Positions 49,095 through 60,780 of a DNA stretch of 64,000 nt are shown piece after piece (position 1 is the first letter of the stretch; every line of letters starts with the position of its first letter). The position numbers and the translations under genes were made by a program. The DNA is taken from assembly GCF_003918875.1 (NCBI RefSeq), contig NW_025767406.1, positions 310,001-374,000 of the forward strand. Direction: 5' to 3'. Below the pieces are notes generated by a model. It searched no databases. It saw only the letters and a list, made by a program, of their open reading frames with translations, and was not told the DNA's origin. This stretch comes from Haliotis rubra. Taxonomy: Eukaryota.

Positions 49095-49535
49095 ATTTCA
49101 AGACACTCTGCCTCACATACAAGTCCCTTCACGGCCAGGCTCCACCCTACATTGCAGATCTGATCAACCCCTACAGTCCATCGCGCGAACTTCGCTCACA
49201 GCAGCAAAACCTTCTGACAGTGCCGAACTACAAACTTAAAACCTTTGGATACAGAACTTTCTCCTACACTTCCCCTGTCTTGTGGAACTCTATCACATTT
49301 GACCTTAAACACTCTGAATATCTGGACTCTTTTAAATAAAATCTCAAAACCTACCTCTTTGCTAAATATTATCCTCAATAGCCTTTATTGTTTATGTATT
49401 ATGCACCTATTCATTGTAGTTTTCTTGCTTTGTATATATAATGTATTTATTTTAAGGTACTTATGTAGCGCCAAGAGCATGCTTCTGAGCGTGGATATGT
49501 GCGCGTTATAAATATGCACTATTATTTATTATTAT
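49095..49535 (+). mobile_element. L2-clade LINE 3' end including 3'UTR and tail
   Basis: FKTLCLTYKSLHGQAPPYIADLINPYSPSRELRS..LLTVP....TFGYRTFSY..PVLWNS; ends gcgccaagagcatg...ggatatgtgcgcgttataaat..(tat)n. Confidence 0.88.
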
Positions 49536-50519
49536 ATTTTAACGAAATCTGTACATTCATGAAAATGTGTTAGAAAAATATCACAATAGTTAAAGGTAAA
49601 CCCGTGACCTGAAAAGTCGACATTGTCTATTTTCCTTCCAGATGTATCTTTCCTGATACTACAAACTGAATACCTTTCTGCTTATTAAAAATATACTTTC
49701 TGATAACTCTAGAGTAGCTGAAATATGGCCTTAAATAAATGATAAATTGAAAGTGCATGCATTCAGGTTTCTTTGATAGCTAACAAGCCATATCTGGTCA
49801 TGTTAAGCTAGTCAAGTTTTACTTATATTTAAGTCACGAAATGTATGACATATGTACGACGTTTATCACGACAATGAGGAGGACACAGCGCGGATGTGTT
49901 CATCACCATCGTTATGCAGCTTAATCCGTTTTCGGCCTGAATATCCTACTGCGTTCATTTACCGTAGGAAGACGTAACGGTTGTTTATCATTTGAAGGAG
50001 GTAATTACAGCATAGTCCAAACTGTACTTTTAGACGTAAAACAGGAATGAATTGAAACCAATTTTGTTTTAAACATGCCAATACTGATTAAATGCTTTGA
50101 AATGTTTTTTTTATTGTAAAAATAATTTGAGGAACAAAACGTTTGCAGCACAATTTCATCAAAGGTTTCCTCGAATATAATTATATTTTGTTTCTCGGCC
50201 ACAGTACAAACCCTGGTACTCAACCTTTCTTAATATAATTGTGTCCAAAAATAAATAATAACGCCAACGTAAGAGAAAAATAAACTGGGTTTGACAAAAT
50301 TGACAATTTGAAACAGCTGAATTTCTAACTCAACTGCATTTCCAAAATCAAAAAGCCATAACAACTTAAGGACCAAATTAATACCAAACTAAAATTGTTT
50401 AAAAGGTTTGAGTGTAATACGATTTCGGTTTATTCTGGGAAATGCATTTTCCTAGTATTTTTAATACAAATCTGAGTCAAAACTCAGACTTACGTTTGTT
50501 TCGAGAAATCGGGGCCAGG

Positions 50520-51000
50520 TGTTCGCGAGAAAATCAAACTTACAGACAATCAAATGTAGAACCCAGTCTTATGTCAAATCATTTCTTCCGGACACGATCG
50601 ATTTGTGGAATAATATACCTGATGAAGTAACTGATGCACTCTCATTAAATCAATTTGAATCCTCAATCAATCGTTCTGATAAAATTCAGAATACCCTAGA
50701 CTTGAATTATGGTTCTAGACTCTGCCAAACTGCCAACTGTCGCACCAGGGGCGGCTGCAGTGACTTAAATGCTGATTAAAATAGGTGCCGTGTATCAGAC
50801 ACCCAGACTACACTTGAGGATACAACTAATGGTTTTGTTTACCTGCCACTATACAAGAGTATCACGAAGTCTATGTACTTTTACATACATGGGTATGACC
50901 TGAAATCAATACTTCATAGTTCAGACAGCAGTTCTACATACAAGGAGATCCTTCAATCATTTCACAACTTTATTGTCAAAAGATTTGAGAAATTATAAAT
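50520..51000 (+). mobile_element. CR1-group LINE 3' fragment
   Basis: CRTQSYVKSFLPDTIDLWNNIP....SLNQF...YGSR......R.GCSDLN, typical of invertebrate CR1 ORF2 C-terminus. Confidence 0.75.
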
Positions 51001-52200
51001 CCATGTAGACAGGATAACTGCACTATTATATTTCCGCAGACACCACTGACTTTAAAATACTTTATATAATTCCATTTGGGCAATTGTACATTATGTTCAG
51101 CGTTATCTTGAACAATGTATGCTAACCAACCTTATCAACTCATTACCTGGAGAGGGATTTACATAAACAAGGTTCGCCTCTTAACCGATCTAGATTTCTT
51201 TGGAAATTAAAACATTTTTAAACCCAAAGAGAATTTGAATAAAAACTGTCAATAAGACAATAACTGCCAAAACTGTAGGACAAAAGGAGGTTGGTTTGTT
51301 AGTTAACGCCACATTCAGCAATATTCCAGCTATATGGCGGCGGTATAGAAATAATCGAGTCTGGACCAGACAATCCAGTGATAAACAGCATGAGCATCGA
51401 TCTACGCATTTGGGTGTGATGACCCATGTCAACCAAGTCAGCGAGCCTGACCACCCGATCCCGTTAGTCACCTCTTACGACAAGCATGGGTTACTGAAGA
51501 TGAATTCTAACCCGGATCTTCACGGGTAGACAGAGAGAAGTACTGCTCGTGCTTGATGAAGGCTAAACATGAGAAACAAACACGAAATGGTTATTTGAAG
51601 GTGGTGTACACATATCAAAGGCATGATCTGCACTTAAAGTTTACAGCGTTTCTTTGACTGATTTCAGTCTTGTAACGTTTTGGTCAAACCCCGTTTAGGT
51701 GTGTGGCCATACCACTATAAACAACAATACGTTTCTTGATTTATCAATTTGAAATCGTATCGTAATTAATTCTTATCATTTAATACAACGTGTATTTCTG
51801 ACAATACTTCAAGCTAATATTAACAGTCCACTCTCAGGTGTTCATCGTGTATTATATGTTTCACCAATATTCAGGAATAATTGTTTCATGTCATAAAACA
51901 CTTCCTTCAATTGTTCTCAGCTTGAGCACAATATGACATCTGGACAGTTATGGTAGAACGCAACTTTGTCCATCCTTTATCTCATACACAATCAATGCAA
52001 TAGAACATACATTTTTGAAAATCCGAACTCAAAAGAGTTTAAATTCCATGAAAGTGTTATGTTTCTTATAATTCATGTTATGCGTCTTTAGTCGGATGAG
52101 CAGCCGACGAGTTAACTCGAGGCTAACTACCACAGACATCACTCGACCCCAACCCCCCTTCCCTATATATACGTATCTATACATGTAGGATATATTGAGA

Positions 52201-52538
52201 TTATTACACGAGCAAGTGTGTTATACGACTTACACGAAACGAGTGTGAAATTGTGTATTGCCCGAGCGAGAGCGAGGGAAATACACAATTTTGCACGAGT
52301 TCGTATAAGTCGTGTGGCACACTTGCGAGTGTAATAAATTCTTTATTATCCATTTGTTTCATGAACAGTTGTGCAGTAAAATACAGTAAGCAAGTGTGAC
52401 TGCCATGTTCATTGACGTCACGTTCAATTGTTTAAGTGACGTCACAGAGAAACAATGGTTGCTTGGCAAAAGTGATATGTACATATGTGCACGTATGATA
52501 TATATGGCACTGGTTATGTTTCACCATATGGATAATAA
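52201..52538. mobile_element. Non-autonomous DNA element with long 5' hairpin plus a second short inverted repeat (Crypton-like, tentative)
   Basis: ttattacac..gcaagtgtg..tacgactta..aaattgtgtatt-[cccgagcgagagcgaggg]-aatacacaattt..taagtcgt..cacacttgc..gtgtaataa; then ttattatccat (52343) / atggataataa (52528). Confidence 0.6.
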
Positions 52539-53479
52539 GTCAATTTATACATCGATTCATAATTTCATCTTCAGGGCTTACACAGACGGTCACAGTTTAC
52601 TTTCGTGCTGCTCAGAATCTAGGGTTGTCAGTTCCAAGGAAATGGGTGTTACCTTCAGCAACATAAACGACCAGGCTTACGAGTCAGTTATTCTATTATC
52701 ACACATACGCACATTTCGAAATCTTCAAGAGAACTAAATGTCCTTAATTCCGATTTCTAATTATATTAGTTTATATATTACCATGACCAATGTAACGGTA
52801 CATCGCCGAAGTCAGTATATAACCATTATCTCAGTACGGCCTGTCAAGTTCCAAGTGTTCATTAAAGACATTCGTTTACGATGATCGAAACACGAAGAAC
52901 AGTTTGGACAACGCTTCCTCCAAGTAGCTGATTTAGAAGGGAGCAGGGAGCATGGTTGTGACATCGGGTTTTATTCTTCCTTGGAAAGCTGAAGCTCTTA
53001 ATCAGTATCCAGCCAACCTAGTCAATAGAATAAAAGTGATAAAACCCTTTCCATGACCATAAGGAATGTCTGCCAAAAGCAGAGTCGGTTGTACAGTTGT
53101 GTCTATATCATGAGCAGATATTTGTTTCAGCAGTATTACAGATGGACGATGTTGTTGTAAACAAAGTTCGGGCAAAACAATCCAGTGATTGTCACCATGA
53201 CAGAGCTTGTGTTTATGAATTACTATGAAATAGTAATGCTACCAGGTGCTCGCGAAAAGCTGAGCGTAACATGAACTAACCAGTGGCACCCGTCATAAAC
53301 ACTTGCAAAGTCTAGTCATTTCACCTGAAATAATTCGGGAACGTGTGGTACAAGTCAAAATAGCGAACTGCATCGTACATCACTTTTGTCAGCAAAACCA
53401 TCAAGACCACCCTCTCCCCAAGAGACAAACCTCTACGTCAGCAATCGGCACCATTCATCGTCAGCATACTATGCATCGA

Positions 53480-53912
53480 TACAACAAGCCACCATATCCA
53501 TAGAATACTAAAGAATCAAGCCAACATAAATGGTGTGTTCCTGAGATGCAGATCAATTCAGCATACTTTACAACCCATCGTTAAACCATCTACAAGAAGC
53601 AAAGAACATCCTTCAGGCGTTGTCTACATTCAGTGCGAGTGTGGTGACTCGTACGGAGGTGAAACGTCCCGCCCCCTAAACGTGGGAATCAAGGAACATC
53701 AGCCATCTGTGAAGAAAAAACACTCCAAATCATCCATCTCCGTCCACACCCTAAGTCCACCTGAATCACACCATCCTTTGTAACAACATCAACATCCTTG
53801 AAGCCAACCGGTCAGACTAAAAAATAAGAAAACTCTTAGAGGCAATCAACATCAAACGACTCAACCCGACAATCAACACATATCAAGGTTATTACATCCC
53901 TCCAGCTTACCA
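53480..53912 (+). mobile_element. Penelope-like element fragment (GIY-YIG endonuclease C-terminus)
   Basis: GVVYIQCECGDSYGGETSRPL....KEH....SSIS.H and KLLEAINIK...PTIN; hammerhead-like remnant ctaatgaaggc..gcc resumes at ~54284 after the SINE insertion. Confidence 0.85.
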
Positions 53913-53915
53913 GTA

Positions 53916-54277
53916 GCGCGGAAGTGCAGTGGTAAGGAGTCTGCCTAAATTGCTGAAGGCCCGGGTTCGATCCCCGGTGGAGGCACCTAGGTTCGGGCCC
54001 GAGGTGCGCACATTTGCGTAGTATCCTTGGACAAGATACTTAGATCCACATTGTCTCAGTTCACCCAGCTGTAAAATGGGTACCCGTCAGGATGTGCTGG
54101 CAATGTGAGTGTTTAGTTCATTGCGCCTAACAGGCAGCATGGCTGTATGATCCCAGGGAGTTGAAAACGTATCGGAAAGTACCGGAATAGTAACGTACGT
54201 AGCGCCGTGAGCCGGCAATGTGGCTGGATATGTGCGCCATGTAAGCGGACTATTACTATTACTATTACTATTACTAC
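53916..54277 (+). mobile_element. Full-length tRNA-head CORE-SINE with L2-type tail
   Basis: A box cagtggtaagg, B box ggttcgatccc, MIR-like CORE ccttggacaagatactta..ctcagttcacccagctgtaaaatggg, tail ggatatgtgcgc..(attact)n; possible TSD tacca. Confidence 0.88.
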
Positions 54278-54409
54278 CATCATCTAATGAAGGCCAATCA
54301 AGACTAAGCCGCCCCTACACTTCGTCCATCTGGCTCCATAGCCAATATCTGTAATCGCAACAACTATCAGTAATGTCATCACATCAACCTGGCTAACTGT
54401 ACAAACTCA

Positions 54410-55440
54410 ATGACGTTTCGCACAAGATCGCCCGAGATCACCCGAGAAGCGGCCGTCCAAGAGTTACCATCCAAGTCCAGGACCCGGGTTGCTCACTTAC
54501 GTCATCGTCTTACCACAACCGTGGAGACTGCACAACACATTCCTGGTTTGAGAAGAATTTCCCATCATACTGTCAGGAATCAATTGCTTGAAGTGGGGAT
54601 TTGAGCAAAAAAGCCAGTTGTCGTCCCTGTTTTGAGAGACTTCCATCGGCGCAATCGCTTACGGTGGTGTCGTAGAACCTGGAGGAGAGTCTGATTTAGT
54701 AATGAATCACGATTTCTTCTACACCGGCGAGATAAAAGACAGCGTGTTTACCGTCGGAGAAATGAACGTTTTACCCCTAATTGCATTCGACAGGTCGACA
54801 GATTCAGTGGGGACAGTGTCATGGTGTGGGGTGTGATATCCAGCATACAAAGATCTGATGTAGTGGTGGTTCAGGGGAAATTGACAGGAAATGGGTACAT
54901 CAACGAAGTCCTCCCACGTCACATGCTTCCAATTATGGACCTACAGAGGGAGTTGTTCCAGCATGACAAGCGCTACTTCACACACACCACGCGTCACGGT
55001 CCGCTACCTTGCCATTTCTCACGTCAGTTTCTTGCCATGGCCTTCTCGATCACCAGATCCAAACTCGATAGATCACCTATGGGATGAACTCGATCGACGT
55101 GTACGTCAACGTCAAAACACGCCTCAGACACTTCCACAACTGGCTATCGCATTGCAGGAAGAGTGGGGACTTCGTCGACTTATCCAGTCTGTGCCGAGAC
55201 GGTGCCGAGCAGTAATAGCTGCAAATGGTAGGCATACAAAGTACTGACTTTGACGCCATCTTGTGGACTCGAGTAAACAGAAACACGAAAATAAAGGCTG
55301 CTGCTGTGTTGGTGAATTCTTTGTCGATAGATGTGTGGAACTTCACCTTTTCACCATTGATATAACATGAAATAAGTGCACTTAAACTAACGCAATAAAT
55401 TCTTCAAAAATTGCCTACTCTTCTTTTTTTGAAGAGTGTA
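54410..55440 (+). pseudogene. Tc1-family transposase relic with right TIR
   Basis: TVRN.L, FSNESRF, VMVWG.IS, FQHD, WPSRSPD.NSIDHLW..L.RRV, RCRAVIAANG.HTKY with stops and frameshifts; ends ttcttttttgaagagtg+TA; a similar TIR end at ~59288-59307. Confidence 0.92.
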
Positions 55441-57367
55441 TATATCCATGAAAGTAGCATTTTGAATTTTGTGAGATTCTTAGTCAGAAACAGACCACAT
55501 CTGAGAGTTAAATTCTGTACAAATGGGATCAAATTGTGACGTCTATATATTGTGCATTTCACTAATACGTTTGAATAGACCGAAGACTCAGGTTCGATTC
55601 CCCACATGGGAACAATGTCTAAAGCCCATTTCTAGTGTCCCCCCCGTCGTGATATTGCTGGAATATTGCTAAAATGAGCGTTCAACTAAACACTTGCTTT
55701 TGAATAACATCATCAGTCACACTGTAATATGTAATGGGAAGTAACATACTACAGGATGATACAATTGTAATTACTTTGGGGATTACAAATATTGGAAAAC
55801 AACGCAGTGAAACTGTATACCCGAGGGGGCGGGAAGTGGCGCCGTGAGTGGGGATATGTCAGTCAACCCGGGAGGGACAGAGGACTGGCACCATTACCTC
55901 AGTGACGTGTTATGTGTTGGCGAGCAAACACTCGCTCGCTCGCTATACCTGTTATCGGATATGTAGACGTAGGTTATTCTTGATTATTATCTTGCTCGCA
56001 TACTCAACACAGATTTGTGCTTAAATTTATCACAAACCATCACATCTATAATTACACTCACACAGCTATATCCAAAGCCTCGGTTAAGTCACTACTGAAA
56101 ATTTAAAGAAAATAAAATTGAAAATATACTTAGCTATATTTGGATTACTGGTGGACCAGAAAGAAGACTACGACGGTCAGACGTATTTCCAAGTTTGGTT
56201 TAGTCATATGTCAGGTTGCAACTAATTTAAAAAGAAATATTTTCATAAATTGCATTTTTCTGAAGAATACTTTGAAAATCCAAATAATCAAAATATGCGA
56301 AGTTTGTGACTGACGTTCATTTCAACTGAGACAAGTGACATCACAGCATTTCTGGCAATCAGGAAAGAACAGACTTAACGAGTGTTCATCAAGGATGACG
56401 TGGACAGATCCTGAAGTAGAACACTTAAATGTAACCAGCTATAAAGTGTTGTATTGAACCGTTTAGGTACCCGTGAAGTGAAGATCTAGGTTCAGAGGCG
56501 ACAAACGGGATGGGGTGGGCAGGTCGCTGATTTAGTTGACACATGCCATAGAATTGGTCTTTATGTTGTTGGCACCGTCGCCCTGCAATACGGCTGAGTA
56601 CAGTGTTAAACAAACAAACAAACAAACAACCACACACACACAAAACCTCTGGATCCGCCTATGAACGCCTGGAAGATTCCTGGTTGATAAACAGTCGAAA
56701 GTTAAGTTTCCCTGGTACTTGTAAGAATACACTCTACTGTCGATGCTGCGTTCCACTGTCGAAGCCTTGTTACTGATGTCATTTAAATAGTTTTTATTCA
56801 TTATTGAATCAATTACTAACACTAATCATCCAGTTGGTGTATGGCGTCAATCAATCAACATTTGCTGAAATATGTCAACCAAGTTAGTAAGTGGGCATTG
56901 TACTTTCATCAAGGTTGTTCGGGGTTTGAAAATTGAAAGCGAGGACTGTTAAAAGGGCCCTTAAACACGACTGAGTGAGTTAGGGAGTTTAGGTGTACGC
57001 CGCACTCAGCAATATCCCAGATGTATGGCGGCGATCTGCGAGTCTGGACCAGACAACCCAGTGATCAACAGCATGAGCATCAATCTACTCAGTTGGGAAC
57101 CGATGACATATGACAACCAAGTCAGGGAGCCTGACCACCCGATCCCGTTAGTGGACGTTATCTGGGACATGGGGGACGAGGACGTATTGCGCCGTGCATG
57201 ATGTGTGAGAGATTATTTTACAGCCGCTTGGATTACGTGTTGCTTGGGAAAGTCGCTCAGTCTCTGTGTGATCTTTAGGTGTACAGATGCATGTGCCAAT
57301 CAAGTCAGCGAGCCTGACCACCCAGTCGTTTGTCGAATCTCACAAAAAGCAAGGGTCTCTTAAGATT

Positions 57368-57890
57368 GGGGGTGCAGTGGGAGAACTGGCTAAGGCGCCA
57401 GGCTAGTGATCCAGCGAGGTTGAGGTGTCGGATCGAGCCCACCTGTGACTGGGTGTAAAAATCTTGAGGTCAACTTTGTGTGCAGACTCTTTCAGTGTTG
57501 TCACAGTCCCTAGTGTACAGTACACAACCCTGTGCACTTAAAAGAACCCACGAATCCGTTGGTATATGACCAGATGGTGGCCACATGAATACGTGCAAAC
57601 ACCTAGTTGCGGGTACAGCAACATGCAGTGAACTTGGACAAAGTACAGTAACTATGTGTCCCAGTCCACCCAGCTGTGAATGGGAACCTCGTTAGGATGA
57701 GAAAGCCACAATAACTCGGTGCGCCTATTGGCTGCAAGAGTTGTATACTCCCAAGGGAGTTGAGATTGATAATACGATGTGCCGTTGAGATTGACGTTCA
57801 ATGATCTAGGGAACAAATACCAGCGCCTTGAGCATGCACTAGTTGCCTGGATATGTGCGCTATATAAATATCCCATAATAATAATAATAA
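57368..57890 (+). mobile_element. Composite SINE: tRNA-like head + Nin/Deu-like domain + CORE domain + L2-type tail
   Basis: gtcaactttgtgtgcagactct...gcacttaaaagaaccc (Nin-like), cttggacaaag..cagtccacccagctgtgaatggg (CORE), ggatatgtgcgctatataaat..(aat)n. Confidence 0.7.
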
Positions 57891-58030
57891 AGATTAATTT
57901 TAACCCGGATCTCCACAAAACCAAAGAGGCCTGTGAACAATAATAACAGGGAACAGGGGTTCACCCTGGGAAGAAAGCAGGGATTGACAACGGCGACATA
58001 TCCAAAAAATATAATGTGAAGACACACACA

Positions 58031-58102
<72 letters not shown>
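58031..58102. repeat. (CTA)n microsatellite
   Basis: ~24 perfect units. Confidence 0.97.
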
Positions 58103-58407
58103 AAAAAACATAACAATGTTAAATCTGGAAGCAAAATTTAATTTATTGTTGGTAAAATATTTGCTACATGCTTGGACATAAAATTAGTCATTGTCCCCGA
58201 CCAGATAACCAGAGTAGACGAGTATATTGAGAGGAAAACGGAACAAGAGACGTACGTGTGTCGCGTGTCGTGTATTCTGTGATACAACAGCGGTTGTAAC
58301 AGTGATATAACAGCGGTACTATAACTGATTGCAGAGTTACATGTCTCATGACCTCAGATATTACGTATATATCGTCATCGGCCTGCACAACAGAATACGT
58401 TCGTATG

Positions 58408-58811
58408 TTACAGCGGGTATGTAGCGAAGGTACAGATACATACAAGAAGTGTAAGCCTGCTGACAGTGGATGCCGCCAAGCCGATACCAGAACTTCCCAA
58501 AGCTTTGGATATTTGTTCTATACCATCCTGGAACTGTTCTGCAGCCAATGATGAGTTGCCGGATGGTGAGTTGCTTGATGAGGAGTTGCTTGATGAGGAG
58601 TTGCTGGATGAGGAGTTGCTGGATGAGGAACTGGCGGATGTTGAAGGCCCTGGCATAGTTGTTTCCTCAATATCAATGACGTAATCGATTGTCCCCGTCA
58701 CCAAGGGATACGGGGCTACTGCTGTCGCGGGTCCAGTTGTCTTGTTGGAGATGCTCCTCCAATCTGTGCTACTGCTCTCTGTCGGCCGATTATCAGCGTT
58801 CGTAGTACATG
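58408..58811 (-). CDS. Terminal coding exon: Ser/Thr-rich stalk and putative GPI-anchor signal
   Basis: Strong acceptor ttttctttttcatttgcag| at 58812 (phase 1); open to stop at 58408; (SSSSN)n stalk; C-terminus GSSG-IGLAASTVSR-LTLLVCICTFATYPL*; AATAAA at 58147-58142. Confidence 0.75.
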
Positions 58812-60073
58812 CTGCAAATGAAAAAGAAAACAAATGGTTTTATCGGAATGGCTTTTCACAACAGCAAACATTCATTGTACTGAATTAATAAATTCATTGT
58901 AATGATCGTGCTACACTCTCATAAAATGAAACGCACAGGTGTTTTCAGCAGTTCATTTCGATATATTATGACAGCAATCGTCATTAAGACAATTCCTATG
59001 TTTGAATCCCGTTAATCATGTCGTGGTTGTTGTGTATTGCACGCAAAAGCATCCAAAAATGTGTTTGTAAACGTTTGTCATAAAAATGAAAACGATCCAT
59101 GAACAGTGAGGGCAGAAAACGTTTTCCATGTAATGCAAGTGCAATGTGTCGGGAACACGAAGAGAGACATCGACTATAAAAGGCCAAACCAAATTCATAA
59201 TTTCCTCCGTGTGTCGAATTTCAAGCTAAATCCACTTATGTACCCTAGAAATACGTGTAATATATTTCCTTATTTTTGGCATATGCTTTCTTTTTTTGAA
59301 GAGTATATTGTAACAAATTCACGTCTAATCTTGGATTCAAGTACAGAGATAACCATGCTCTCAGCCATCAAAGTGATTCCAGCCAAGATAACAGCCTCAT
59401 GCTGCATTTTATTGAGGTGACATACTTTTGTGCAGTCTGCTTCCAAGCTACAGTATCAAGTATAACAGTAATTTCCAGCACAAGTAACGTCAGTCATGTT
59501 TACAGTCGCCATCTTGAATATTCTGACGTCACGTTTAGGTATCATCACTCTCCTACCCAGAGTTCCATGCGGCAAGCCAGCATAGTACCTCTGCCACAGG
59601 CCAGAAAGATGTGACGATTCCTCACATCTTGCACAGTCCATCAATATAATCTACATATTTCTTAACTCTTTCATTTTTGATGAGTCTACACATCTAATGA
59701 ACATCATTGTTAGAATGGTTTAGTTTCACTGATGAAATATCCTAAAAGGTGTAACACTATTTCGATTTGCGTAGCAATCCTTTGTTTATATGGGTTGTAC
59801 GGCTCCACGTGCTGTCATCGAAGCCTTATGGAGAGCAAACGATCCAGCCCCATTGATATATAAATAATTATGTATTGTCAGAAACATTACTGTCGCAGAT
59901 GTGGCAGATTATATGTAACAATGTACGTCGCTCATATTATATTAAAGAGGTTGTATATCCATAGAACTCTCCTCGTTGTTCATCACATCAACTTCTAAAT
60001 GCCACTCAAACAAGTTAAGTATCTTCTTACTTACGAATATGCGGGCTTATTTACAAACAAGAGAAAGTCTGGT

Positions 60074-60171
60074 CACGTGATATGCAAATTAGCCTGTGGC
60101 AGTAGTGTTATGCTAAGTCATCGCTGCATCGAAGTGTGGGGTATCATGTGACCCTAGGTCACCTATAAATA
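60074..60171 (+). promoter_or_regulatory. Promoter-like cluster: E-box, octamer, nuclear-receptor palindrome, TATA
   Basis: CACGTG 60074, ATGCAAAT 60082, TGACCC-T-AGGTCA 60149-60161, TATAAATA 60164. Confidence 0.4.
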
Positions 60172-60452
60172 GAGCTGTCAAGGTTAGCGTCGGTGCGGCA
60201 AGGTAGGGTTCCAGGGTTACGTCACGGCTAAATTCTACTTTTCACATTATAAGACATTTTTATTGTATAACTTTTAATTAACAAGGCCATTATTAACACT
60301 TCGTCTACTCTCTAAGCATCTAGTTGTGGACAAGTACTTTTTAGTTCTTTTCAACTTTGTTGACATCCGAATTTCGTGTGACAGTTCCGAGAATCTGACA
60401 GTCGATCTGGATTCATTCCGACGGAATATTCCAGGATCGTATGATTCAAATG

Positions 60453-60780
60453 TACAGGTTACAGATACAGTCACAGTTACAGATACAGGTACAGTCACAG
60501 GTACAGTCACAGATACAGGTACAGTCACAGTCACAGATACAGATACAGGTACAATCACAGTCACAGATACAGGTACAATCACAGTCACAGATACAGGTAC
60601 AATCACAGTCACAGATACAGGTACAATCACAGTCACAGATACAGATACAGGTACAGTCACAGTCACAGATACAGGTACAGTCACAGTCACAGATACAGGT
60701 ACAGGTACAGTCACAGTCACAGATACAGGTACAGTCACAGTCACAGATACAGATACAGGTACAGTCACAGTTACAGATAT
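60453..60780. repeat. 6-bp-based compound repeat (acagtc/acagat/acaggt)
   Basis: ~54 hexamers; yields low-complexity ORFs in several frames. Confidence 0.95.

Noticed and set aside
55837-55856. tRNA-His-like primer binding site of an LTR element
   Set aside because: Several mismatches, no adjacent LTR end (CA) and no gag/pol remnants
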